From an uncultured archaeon (lineage in GTDB: Archaea > Iainarchaeota > Iainarchaeia > Iainarchaeales > CSSED10-239), in assembly GCA_964468895.1 (NCBI GenBank), contig CAYXWT010000032.1:1-7442 (forward strand): a stretch of DNA of 7,442 nt, written 5' to 3'. Position numbers and translations under genes: made by a program. Numbering within the stretch: position 1 is the stretch's first letter; each line of letters starts with the position of its first letter. Below are positions 1-6,828 of this stretch, in pieces. The notes below the pieces were generated by a model. The model made no database searches, was not told where the DNA came from, and saw only the letters and a program-made list of their open reading frames with translations.

Positions 1-47
1 GGTTCAATATAATCACAACCATTTTAAAACCAATAAATTTTAATAAA

Positions 48-138
48 TGCCTCTAAAGATATTTGACATCTTGAGCCTAAGATTATAATTTTAGCTATTT
101 AAGACATAGTTTGTATTGTTAGTTTAGTCTACAAAATC
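48..138 (-). pseudogene. Degenerate tRNA-Met(CAT)-like remnant. The 3' half aligns with the intact tRNA at 1916-1989.
   Basis: The plus strand at 48-95 (t gcctcta aagat atttgac atctt gagcc taaga ttataat tttag) aligns without gaps to 1916-1963 (t gcctcta gagag atttgaa ctctc gatcc ccaga ttatgag tctgg). About 35 of 48 positions are identical by eye. The 3' acceptor strand plus discriminator is identical, and the T stem still pairs (AAGAT/ATCTT). The anticodon position reads TAT, the anticodon stem no longer pairs canonically, the D region carries about 17 extra nt, and the 5' acceptor strand (GATTTTG) pairs poorly. Confidence 0.45.
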
Positions 139-344
139 ACTAAAAAAAACTTTAAATAATTATTTTATAATTTTAGACACATCAATCTTCTTCTCTTTAA
201 GATATTTAATTATTCAAAGCTATATTAATTCTCTTCTTAGCACAACAAAGTTTATACTTTATATATAATAAAGAGTATTTAAATTATATTAATTAATTAT
301 TTGGTTCTAATTTTTTATATTTTATATAAAACTAATCTATAATC

Positions 345-1610
345 TTAGGTTAAATTTATTAAAAAATTATCTAAATATATACAATTAAAATCGGAATCAT
401 CTACATATAAAATAAGTTTATAATTAACATTAAAATTTACTGGCTTATAAAAATCAGATCCAAATAAAACCTGAAAATTAATTTTTGTTTCTTCTTCAGA
501 AGGAAAATGATTTACTGACTCATATCTACCATTATTATTAATTTTTACACCTAAATTAATAAAACTAACTTCATTATAATCAGAAACTAATTCTAACTTT
601 TTAATTGCATGAAAATTTAGATTACTATTATTTTTAACTTTAAATAGATAATTTATATTTAAACTATTAGTTAATACATAAGAATTATCTTTAGCAATTA
701 CTTCTATTTTTTCACAGATTCTTTTTTGTGGAATAATATTAATATTTAATTTTTTACTTAAATTACATTTATAAATATCAAAACCATCATAATATTTTGA
801 AACTATAACTAAATTATTATCTGAATCTTTAAAATCATTTAAATTTAGATTATAAAAATTTATAGAAAAAGGTAAATTCCAATTAGAATTCTTTTTAATT
901 AATTGATAGTCTGATTTACTATATGGATGTGATGTAAATAAATTATTTTTAGTCATATAAAACGTAAAGATGTTCATATCAAAATCAGAATTATTATTAA
1001 TATCTATATGAAACATTTGATTTGGCAAACTAGAATAGATATCTATATTCTTACTTAATATTTGTAAATCATCACATGGGTTATGATCTAAAATTTTAAC
1101 TTTTGTATAATCAGATTCAAAATCAGCCATAATACCAGTATATAAATCTTCTTCTGTATATACTGCTGTATCTTGATATTCTATTGATCTAGGACTATAA
1201 AGAGATTCATAAACTTTAGGATCTAACCATTCAATAGTACCTTCCACCTTGAATTCTGAAGAACCATAATTAATTGCTTCCAAAGAAACATATAATTTGT
1301 CTAATTGTGGATTTACATTACTAATTTTAAATAATTCTTTATTATTTTTAAAAATTAAATTTATGTATTTTACTCTATAAGGTCTATAATTCGTAACAAA
1401 TATTGTTTTATGTTTCAGACCACTTAATGAACCTATTAAGAAATCTAATTTACTTTCACCATAAACTAATCTAATATTATTAGCATCAAATTTTAAATTT
1501 GTAGGATATTTTAAAGTGTTTATTTTAGTTTTATCTCCAAAAGAATTAACAACAACTATAAAGATAATAATTAAAATAAATACTAGTACATAATAATATT
1601 TTTTATTCAC
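345..1610 (-). CDS. Hypothetical signal-anchored, probably extracellular beta-rich protein, 421 aa. No recognisable family.
   Basis: Long uninterrupted ORF in AT-rich DNA. The N-terminus MNKKYYYVLVFILIIIFIVVVNSF is a classic signal or anchor helix, and the rest is N/K/Y/S-rich with no further TM segments. The start codon at 1608-1610 is GTG on the coding strand, and no nearby in-frame ATG precedes the TM helix. Confidence 0.75.
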   Translation of the reverse strand: MNKKYYYVLVFILIIIFIVVVNSFGDKTKINTLKYPTNLKFDANNIRLVYGESKLDFLIGSLSGLKHKTIFVTNYRPYRVKYINLIFKNNKELFKISNVNPQLDKLYVSLEAINYGSSEFKVEGTIEWLDPKVYESLYSPRSIEYQDTAVYTEEDLYTGIMADFESDYTKVKILDHNPCDDLQILSKNIDIYSSLPNQMFHIDINNNSDFDMNIFTFYMTKNNLFTSHPYSKSDYQLIKKNSNWNLPFSINFYNLNLNDFKDSDNNLVIVSKYYDGFDIYKCNLSKKLNINIIPQKRICEKIEVIAKDNSYVLTNSLNINYLFKVKNNSNLNFHAIKKLELVSDYNEVSFINLGVKINNNGRYESVNHFPSEEETKINFQVLFGSDFYKPVNFNVNYKLILYVDDSDFNCIYLDNFLINLT

Positions 1611-1915
1611 TTATAAAAACCTAACAAATACATCTATTAACAATTTTATAACGATTGTTATAATATCCTTATTTTTCTAATTCTTTTATCTGAAACTATT
1701 ACCCATTTTTAAAACTAATACTTTATTTTATTTCCTTACTAAACATATTAAATAAATTAAATAAATTAAAGACAAATTATTTAATATAATTAAATACATG
1801 TTATAAGTTACAAATATAAACCTTTGCTTTTAAAAAACAGAATTAAAAATAGAAAATCGCTTTGAGATTTTATTTTTTAACGCAAACCTATCAAACAGAT
1901 AAATATACAGTATAA

Positions 1916-1989
1916 TGCCTCTAGAGAGATTTGAACTCTCGATCCCCAGATTATGAGTCTGGTGCTCTAGACCACTAAGCTACAGAGGC
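1916..1989 (-). tRNA. tRNA with anticodon CAT. It is elongator tRNA-Met or archaeal tRNA-Ile2, not initiator type.
   Basis: The reverse complement folds as a 74-nt cloverleaf: GCCTCTG TA GCTT AGTGGTCTA GAGC A CCAGA CTCATAA TCTGG GGATC GAGAG TTCAAAT CTCTC TAGAGGC A. It has a 7-bp acceptor stem (one G-U), a 4-bp D stem, a 5-bp anticodon stem, a 7-nt loop with CAT, a 5-nt variable loop and a 5-bp T stem with a TTCAAAT loop. No CCA is encoded. It lacks the A1:U72 pair and the GGG/CCC anticodon stem of archaeal initiators. Confidence 0.93.
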
Positions 1990-2018
1990 AATAATATTAA
2001 CACAAAAATAGTTTAATA

Positions 2019-2026
2019 TATATAAA
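2019..2026 (-). promoter_or_regulatory. Possible archaeal TATA box for the tRNA gene
   Basis: The minus strand reads TTTATATA, spanning -30 to -37 from the mature tRNA 5' end. That spacing fits if a short leader exists. TATA-like strings are abundant in this AT-rich DNA, so the call is weak. Confidence 0.25.
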
Positions 2027-2088
2027 TATTATAAAGGTAAATATATATAAATAATTACTTATGTAAAATAAGATAATTATAATTGATA

Positions 2089-2769
2089 TTAATTTCTTTT
2101 CCTAGTTTCTAAATGATCTTTATTATCTTCATCAAAAATAAATAATGTATCTGCAACTCCTAAAAATAAACCTGTTTCAAGAACACCAGGAACATTTCTT
2201 ACAGAATATTCAAAATCTTCTAAAGTAATATTACTATCTAAAGATAGTCTTATCAAATAATGTCCAATTTCTGTTTTAAAATAAGACCCATCTTTATAAA
2301 GCACAATTCTAGCTACCCCATAACTTTGAAGATTAATAAGAGTTCTTTGCCAAGCAAAAGACGAAATTTCCAAATATATATCTTTGTCTAAATTATCTAC
2401 AACATTTCTTTTATCAACAACTACGATTAAATTAAGAGCTGATTGACTAACCATTTTATCTCTAATAAAAGAAGTGGTATTTTTTTTAATGAAATTATTA
2501 TACTGATCTATTTGATTAACAAATTCCAAAGCTATATCAATTTCCTTTTCATTTAAAGAAATTGTTCTTTGTCCTAATTGGTCATAATATCTAGCTTGAC
2601 TATTAGTTGTAGCTACAAAAAAGATATTTTTTTTTCTTAAAATTATCAATTTTACAATTTCATCAATAATTTCTTTATCATATTTATAAGCATCTATAGC
2701 AACAACATCTTCATCTTTTATTAGATTAAAAAAGTTTTCAACAATTAAAGAAATATTTATATCAATCAT
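2089..2769 (-). CDS. rpiA: Ribose-5-phosphate isomerase A (RpiA) family protein, highly divergent, with key motifs substituted
   Basis: ATG start, 226 aa. The C-terminal half carries RpiA-specific signatures: VPGVLETGLF (compare IPGVV-x-GLF), TEIGHYLIRL (compare TDNGN-ilD), YLEISSFAW (compare PVEVIPmA) and IKK...IRDK (compare IKGGGaaltREK). By-eye alignment to E. coli RpiA is collinear over the whole length. Confidence 0.65.
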   Translation of the reverse strand: MIDINISLIVENFFNLIKDEDVVAIDAYKYDKEIIDEIVKLIILRKKNIFFVATTNSQARYYDQLGQRTISLNEKEIDIALEFVNQIDQYNNFIKKNTTSFIRDKMVSQSALNLIVVVDKRNVVDNLDKDIYLEISSFAWQRTLINLQSYGVARIVLYKDGSYFKTEIGHYLIRLSLDSNITLEDFEYSVRNVPGVLETGLFLGVADTLFIFDEDNKDHLETRKRN

Positions 2770-2840
2770 ATTAAATCATTTAAAAATTCAATTAAATTTC
2801 ATATATTTACAAAACCTAAATATAATAGTAGAAAATAGTA

Positions 2841-2848
2841 TTTATATT
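2841..2848 (+). promoter_or_regulatory. Archaeal TATA box (TTTATATT) with an upstream purine-rich BRE-like stretch, placed to drive the C/D sRNA
   Basis: The TTTATATT motif is centred about 26 nt upstream of position 2871, the first base of the sRNA terminal stem. This is the canonical archaeal TATA-to-start spacing. It is preceded by gaaaatagta. Confidence 0.4.
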
Positions 2849-2870
2849 TCTTTACTTTTCTAATTATATT

Positions 2871-2945
2871 ATGGCAATGATGATTCTGAACACCTGCTGA
2901 TAGAATTTTAATTCTAGATGAAGATAGATGGGCGGGCTGAGCCAT
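2871..2945 (+). ncRNA. Box C/D sRNA (2'-O-methylation guide RNA), 75 nt, with two guide regions
   Basis: Element by element:
- Terminal stem ATGGC (2871-2875) pairs with GCCAT (2941-2945).
- A 3-nt bulge AAU leads into box C, ATGATGA (2877-2883).
- The first guide is 13 nt, TTCTGAACACCTG (2884-2896).
- Box D' is CTGA (2897-2900).
- A hairpin TAGAATT-TT-AATTCTA lies at 2901-2916.
- Box C' is ATGAAGA (2918-2924).
- The second guide is 12 nt, TAGATGGGCGGG (2925-2936).
- Box D is CTGA (2937-2940).
The tandem sheared G.A pairs, the U.U pair and the G-C pair of a k-turn can all be drawn. The element is a local GC island in an ORF-free gap. Confidence 0.85.
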
Positions 2946-2977
2946 ATACACAAATTAAATAAAAATATCTTAAAACT

Positions 2978-3223
2978 TTATTTTTTAAAATCTTTAATAT
3001 GTTGTTCTAAAAAAGACACCTTATTATTTAACACATCAATTTTAGATTCTAAAATAACATAATTTATATTTTTAGAATTTAAGGGTAATTGCTTAATTTT
3101 GTTTTTTCTTCTATTTACTTCTAAATAAACTAATAGAAAATTACCTATAAGAAATATTAAAATTACAATTAACAAAATAAATATTAGACTCATAAAATCA
3201 ACAACATAATTTAAATTAAACAA
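2978..3223 (-). CDS. Small bitopic membrane protein with a C-terminal coiled-coil-like tail (hypothetical)
   Basis: A hydrophobic helix (SLIFILLIVILIFLIGNFLLVYL) is followed by a K/N/E-rich heptad-like segment (ILESKIDVLNNKVSFLEQHIKDFKK). The track start at 3223 is TTG and overlaps the upstream stop by 8 nt. An in-frame ATG at 3193 (71 aa) is an equally plausible start. Confidence 0.55.
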   Translation of the reverse strand: MFNLNYVVDFMSLIFILLIVILIFLIGNFLLVYLEVNRRKNKIKQLPLNSKNINYVILESKIDVLNNKVSFLEQHIKDFKK

Positions 3224-4058
3224 AATAATAATTAGATTTGTTTTTTTCTATAACTAAACATTCTTCTTTAAGAACTTCTAAAACTATTTTTAAGATATCA
3301 GCATTTACTTTCAAATGCTCATTTAATTCTAAAATTGTAAAATGTTCAAAATCTTTTTGTAAAATTAAGATTTTATTTTTAATACCAAAATATAACTCTT
3401 TACTAATAATATAGTAACTATTATCAAAACCTTTGATTCCAACAATTCTATTATCTTTTAATTCAGAATAATATTTCTTAGAAAATTTTTCTGCAACAGT
3501 ACTATTTTTTAATATTACAAATTTATTTTTTTCATAAAAATCAATGAAATTATTTAGATCATCATTACTAGTAACAGATTTATTAATACTAATATCTTTT
3601 TTACAATTTACAGAATTAGTATTAATAGTATTATTACCCTCATAAAATAAAGATATGTCAATATTTGATTTGTATATGCTATTTTTATATTTTGTAGACA
3701 ATTTAAATAAAATAACTTCCTTTTTATTTAACATATCTTTAAAAATATCTTGATCTTCTGATTTTAAAAACTTTTCAAAATTGCCTTCAATTTTATTTTT
3801 AATATCAAAATTATCATCATTTAATAATTTTATAATCTTAATTTTTATTTCAGATTTAAAATCTTTATTATTATTATTTATTTTTAAATCAGAAACATCT
3901 ACTTTAGAAATATTTATACAATTATTATCTAAATCAGTAATTTTTAAATCTTTAAAAATATAATTATCTATTATATTTTTTTCCATTACATCTTTTGGAT
4001 TTAAAAAATAAACATTATTTTTTTTAATAATTTTCATATTATATAATATAATAATCAA
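3216..4058 (-). CDS. Hypothetical protein with a C-terminal winged-helix-like module. No confident family.
   Basis: Long ORF co-oriented with its neighbours. The C-terminus FTILELNEHLKVNADILKIVLEVLKEECLVIEKNKSNYYFV has a helix-turn-helix-plus-wing pattern, and a second similar pattern sits around IKIIKLLNDD...MLNKKEVILFKLS. The track start at 4058 is TTG, so the ATG at 4037 (MKIIKKNN..., 273 aa) is the more likely start. Confidence 0.7.
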   Translation of the reverse strand: MIIILYNMKIIKKNNVYFLNPKDVMEKNIIDNYIFKDLKITDLDNNCINISKVDVSDLKINNNNKDFKSEIKIKIIKLLNDDNFDIKNKIEGNFEKFLKSEDQDIFKDMLNKKEVILFKLSTKYKNSIYKSNIDISLFYEGNNTINTNSVNCKKDISINKSVTSNDDLNNFIDFYEKNKFVILKNSTVAEKFSKKYYSELKDNRIVGIKGFDNSYYIISKELYFGIKNKILILQKDFEHFTILELNEHLKVNADILKIVLEVLKEECLVIEKNKSNYYFV

Positions 4059-4144
4059 AGTATTATTAAAATTAGTTATAATTTTAAAATTTGATTATGT
4101 ATAACCCCTTGTTTAAATACATTTTTATAACAAATATACTAAAA

Positions 4145-4816
4145 TCACTCAAAACTAGAAAGATAATCTTCAATTTCATTAAAAGAAACACTACAACCAT
4201 TAAATTTTAATGAATACAACATAGATTTTATATATTGTTTTTCTAACATAAAAGAAGGTAACAATCTATTTTCATAAGCATATGCAATTAAATCTACACT
4301 TCTAATACATTTTACAGTTCCAATTTCTTCTAAAAATTTAAGATATTTATTTTCAAGAAATAAAATGTTTTTATTATGATGCTTTTTCTTAAGAATTTTT
4401 AAAAGTGCATGAGGATTTTCTACTATCATTCTAGTAGTTCTTTCTTCAATTGCTAAACAACTTGCTTTACATAAGCCTAACATTGCTAAACTTTCAGCTT
4501 CTCCGAAATCTACTAACTTTAATGGTCTATTGTTTATAGTAAATAAAGAATTTGTTAATTGCAAAATTCTTTTAGTTTTAATATCTAATTCTTCACTACC
4601 ATCTTGTACTTTAAAAACAAAGTTATCTAATTGATCTTGAATTCTAAAAGCACTTAATTTAAATCTCATATTATTTTTAACTCTATCAATACATTCTGCT
4701 TTTACACCTTTTGTTACTATAAACTCACCAATATTCTCTTTAAGGGTTTTAAATAAAGACAATAAACAAGTTTCAGAGAAACCAATTAACACACCTGCAT
4801 CAAAAACAATTTTCAT
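4145..4816 (-). CDS. PIN-domain protein of the COG2405/DUF3368 type (VapC-like nuclease fold) with an internal insertion, 223 aa
   Basis: ATG start. The N-terminal strand is KIVFDAGVLI, with the first PIN acidic residue at D6. Other matches are E41, GEAESLAM (compare GEAEaiAl), LAIEERTTR (compare LliDDkkAR, with DD replaced by EE), RSVDLIAYAYENRLL (compare GtlGvLl-Ak-Gli) and a C-terminal LKFNGCSVSFNEIEDYL (compare gfriS-ely). An insert of about 35 aa (NPHALLKILKKKHHNKNILFLENKYLKFLEE) makes it longer than the usual 150-160 aa. Confidence 0.65.
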   Translation of the reverse strand: MKIVFDAGVLIGFSETCLLSLFKTLKENIGEFIVTKGVKAECIDRVKNNMRFKLSAFRIQDQLDNFVFKVQDGSEELDIKTKRILQLTNSLFTINNRPLKLVDFGEAESLAMLGLCKASCLAIEERTTRMIVENPHALLKILKKKHHNKNILFLENKYLKFLEEIGTVKCIRSVDLIAYAYENRLLPSFMLEKQYIKSMLYSLKFNGCSVSFNEIEDYLSSFE

Positions 4817-4829
4817 ATATATTCACATT

Positions 4830-5426
4830 TTAAGTTCTTTCTAAATTATCATTTTTATTAATATATTTAACTCTATCGTTAATACTTTTAAAAGCCACAT
4901 CTTCATCAGACATTTTAGTACTACCAATTATACTCATAACTTGTTCTTTTTTAGCACCTAATAGAGAACAAGCCTTAGATAAAGATAAGCCATAACCATA
5001 AACAGAAGATGCTAATTTATTTCTAGAATCATGAATTAAATTTGTTACAAAATACCCTAAATCTTTATCTGTATCTTTAATTATTAATTCAATATTATCA
5101 AGTTCTAAATTATATTTTTCATAATTTTTATCAATATAAAAATCTTTTATTTTTTCTAAAGCAGAAACAATTTTAGAAGATATATCTTTCCATTTAGGAT
5201 TTAAAGTAATATGCTTTTTGGATAATAATTTACGAAGTGCATAAGTTATAACACATAATTGAATAATTTCATGATTATTATCTATTATTCCTTGTTCTAA
5301 TAATTGTTCATCAATTCTATGTAATTCATAAAGATTAGGTTTATTAAAATTAGTAATTATTTTATTAATTATATTTTCAATATCAATATAGTTTTTATTA
5401 TCTAAATTATTATTTATTAAATTCAT
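4830..5426 (-). CDS. Helical protein with a C-terminal UPF0175/COG2886-like HTH (antitoxin-like) module, 198 aa
   Basis: ATG start. The stop lies 13 nt upstream of the PIN gene start, an operon arrangement. The C-terminal segment ASSVYGYGLSLSKACSLLGAKKEQVMSIIG matches the UPF0175 pattern (Y-x-x-G-x-lSlgKAAeLaG-s-x-e-f). The preceding 130 aa or so is a predicted helical extension not typical of the 80-90 aa family. Confidence 0.55.
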   Translation of the reverse strand: MNLINNNLDNKNYIDIENIINKIITNFNKPNLYELHRIDEQLLEQGIIDNNHEIIQLCVITYALRKLLSKKHITLNPKWKDISSKIVSALEKIKDFYIDKNYEKYNLELDNIELIIKDTDKDLGYFVTNLIHDSRNKLASSVYGYGLSLSKACSLLGAKKEQVMSIIGSTKMSDEDVAFKSINDRVKYINKNDNLERT

Positions 5427-5541
5427 AATTATTCAATATATATTATAAAAACAACCCTATATATATTTATTGTTTTACATATATTTTAACAACTAAAAAA
5501 TTAATTTAAATTTAATAAAAAATAAAATTTAAGGATCAAGT

Positions 5542-6057
5542 ATGAGCTTATACAAAGATAAAAAGATTAATCTAAATTTAAAAAATAAAAAACCACTTTT
5601 AATTGGTATAGGAATATTTATTGTAATAATTTTAATATATATATTAATAAATTCAATAGACTTTAATATGTTTAATTTTAAAGAGAACAACATAAACATT
5701 AAATTTAATAATAACCCTTTTGTTATTGGAAAAGATGAAAGTATAGAAATGGAAATAACTATTAAAAATAACACAGAAAAAGATGCAGAAAATTCAATTT
5801 TAGTAATTAAACCTGTAGAAAATATTTTTGAAGTAGATTGCCCTATAAGTACTCAAATTGATAAAAATACAATTTTAATACCAATAATTGCTAAAAATAA
5901 TAAAAGAATTATTTATTGTAATGTAACACCCAAATCTAATACTAATAATATACTAGAAGGTACATATAGTTTTGATATTATATTTACATTAAACAAAAAA
6001 AATCAATTCTCAGAAATAGAAAATCAAAAAAGAGCAATATTAGAAATTAAAAGGTAA
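5542..6057 (+). CDS. Signal-anchored protein with a CARDB/adhesin-like beta-sandwich ectodomain (hypothetical), 171 aa
   Basis: ATG start preceded by AAGGA 7-11 nt upstream. There is a TM helix (PLLIGIGIFIVIILIYILI). After it comes IEMEITIKNNTEKDAENSILVIKP, a pattern typical of CARDB-like domains (alternating strand, N-x-G/T, then an acidic/Ala-Asn strand). Confidence 0.7.
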   Translation: MSLYKDKKINLNLKNKKPLLIGIGIFIVIILIYILINSIDFNMFNFKENNINIKFNNNPFVIGKDESIEMEITIKNNTEKDAENSILVIKPVENIFEVDCPISTQIDKNTILIPIIAKNNKRIIYCNVTPKSNTNNILEGTYSFDIIFTLNKKNQFSEIENQKRAILEIKR

Positions 6058-6069
6058 GTTTGATAATTT

Positions 6070-6828
6070 ATGTTAGAATGTTTATTTAGAGGATGGAATA
6101 TTTTTAAAAAAAACAATGTATTTATATCTATATTATTTAGTTTAATAACTATATTAACAACATATTTTAATTATAATTATATAATGGAATCAATATCAAC
6201 TATTGCTATTGAAAACATTAATTTTTCTGGAATTAATAGCATGTTAGTAAACATCACACAAATTATAGGTTATAAATTTTATTTGATGATAATCTTTATT
6301 TTTATAAATATATTTTTAATATCATATACAATTTACATAATTAGTTTAAGTCAAAATAATTCTAGAAACAAAGGTAAATTAATATTATCTAAATTTAAAG
6401 ATATTTACAATTATTCTTTATTATTTTTTTTAACTATTATTGTCATGATAATTATAAACTTATTATTATTACAAAATTTAAATACACTAACTATAATTTT
6501 ATTATTAATATTATTTTTATTTTTTATGGTTTTGGTATTAATTTTTAGTTTAGGAATAATTATATTAGCAATTAATAATAAAAATACAATTAGAATTTCT
6601 TTAGAAAAATCATGGGATTTTATTAAAAATAAATTTTGGTTATATGTAGTTTTTATAATTCTAATTAATATAACAATGTCTATAATTTATTTTATTATTG
6701 ATTCTATATATTATCTATTTTTTAATTATTTACTAATACCTTTAATTATTTCATTAGTAATATATCTATTATTAAATATATTATATACAATAAATTGTTT
6801 AACATTATTTATTAAAAAATATAATTAA
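6070..6828 (+). CDS. Polytopic integral membrane protein (about 6 TM helices), hypothetical, resembling DUF975/GDPD-membrane-domain-type proteins
   Basis: ATG start 12 nt after the upstream stop, so it is in an operon with 5542-6057. There are multiple long hydrophobic segments. The loop motif SLEKSWDFIKNKFWLYVVF resembles the conserved s-l-x-x-S-w-x-l-x-K-g-x-f-W loop of those families. The family assignment is low confidence. Confidence 0.75.
   Translation: MLECLFRGWNIFKKNNVFISILFSLITILTTYFNYNYIMESISTIAIENINFSGINSMLVNITQIIGYKFYLMIIFIFINIFLISYTIYIISLSQNNSRNKGKLILSKFKDIYNYSLLFFLTIIVMIIINLLLLQNLNTLTIILLLILFLFFMVLVLIFSLGIIILAINNKNTIRISLEKSWDFIKNKFWLYVVFIILINITMSIIYFIIDSIYYLFFNYLLIPLIISLVIYLLLNILYTINCLTLFIKKYN

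Noticed and set aside
48-138. Reading the tRNA-like remnant as a functional intron-containing archaeal tRNA
   Set aside because: No bulge-helix-bulge motif could be drawn. The anticodon stem is disrupted, the acceptor stem has several mismatches, and the extra nucleotides sit in the D region rather than at 37/38.
1747-1771. Short tandem repeat attaaataa, about 2.5 copies
   Set aside because: It is a low-complexity AT microsatellite in an intergenic region, with no spacer-repeat architecture or associated genes. It is not a CRISPR array.
2884-2900. The idea that the D' guide targets the 23S A-loop (Um2552 equivalent), because its complement CAGGUGUUCAGAA contains UGUUC with N+5 on the first U
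   Set aside because: The flanks of the predicted target (CAGG and AGAA) are not mutually complementary, as helix 92 requires, and only the 5-nt core matches the universal sequence. The in-window 23S fragment region resembling E. coli CUGGUGUUCGGG matches only about 7 of 12. The target of this guide remains unknown. An internal CTGA at 2886-2889 would leave a 2-nt guide, so I did not take it as D'.
3781-3963. 60-aa plus-strand ORF from the track
   Set aside because: It lies entirely antisense within the much longer 3216-4058 ORF. Its composition is low-complexity F/I/L/S, typical of the reverse frame of K/N/E-rich genes in AT-rich DNA, and it has no start context.
4791-4798. An 8-nt identity (acacctgc) between the C/D sRNA D' guide region and the sense-opposite strand of the PIN gene 5' end, hinting at mRNA targeting
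   Set aside because: Only 7 guide nucleotides would pair, followed by mismatches. That is too short for C/D guide function and compatible with chance.
5529-5774. 81-aa minus-strand ORF from the track
   Set aside because: It is antisense to the 5' part of 5542-6057, which has an ATG, an AGGA motif upstream and a sensible TM-plus-ectodomain architecture. The antisense product is low-complexity and hydrophobic.
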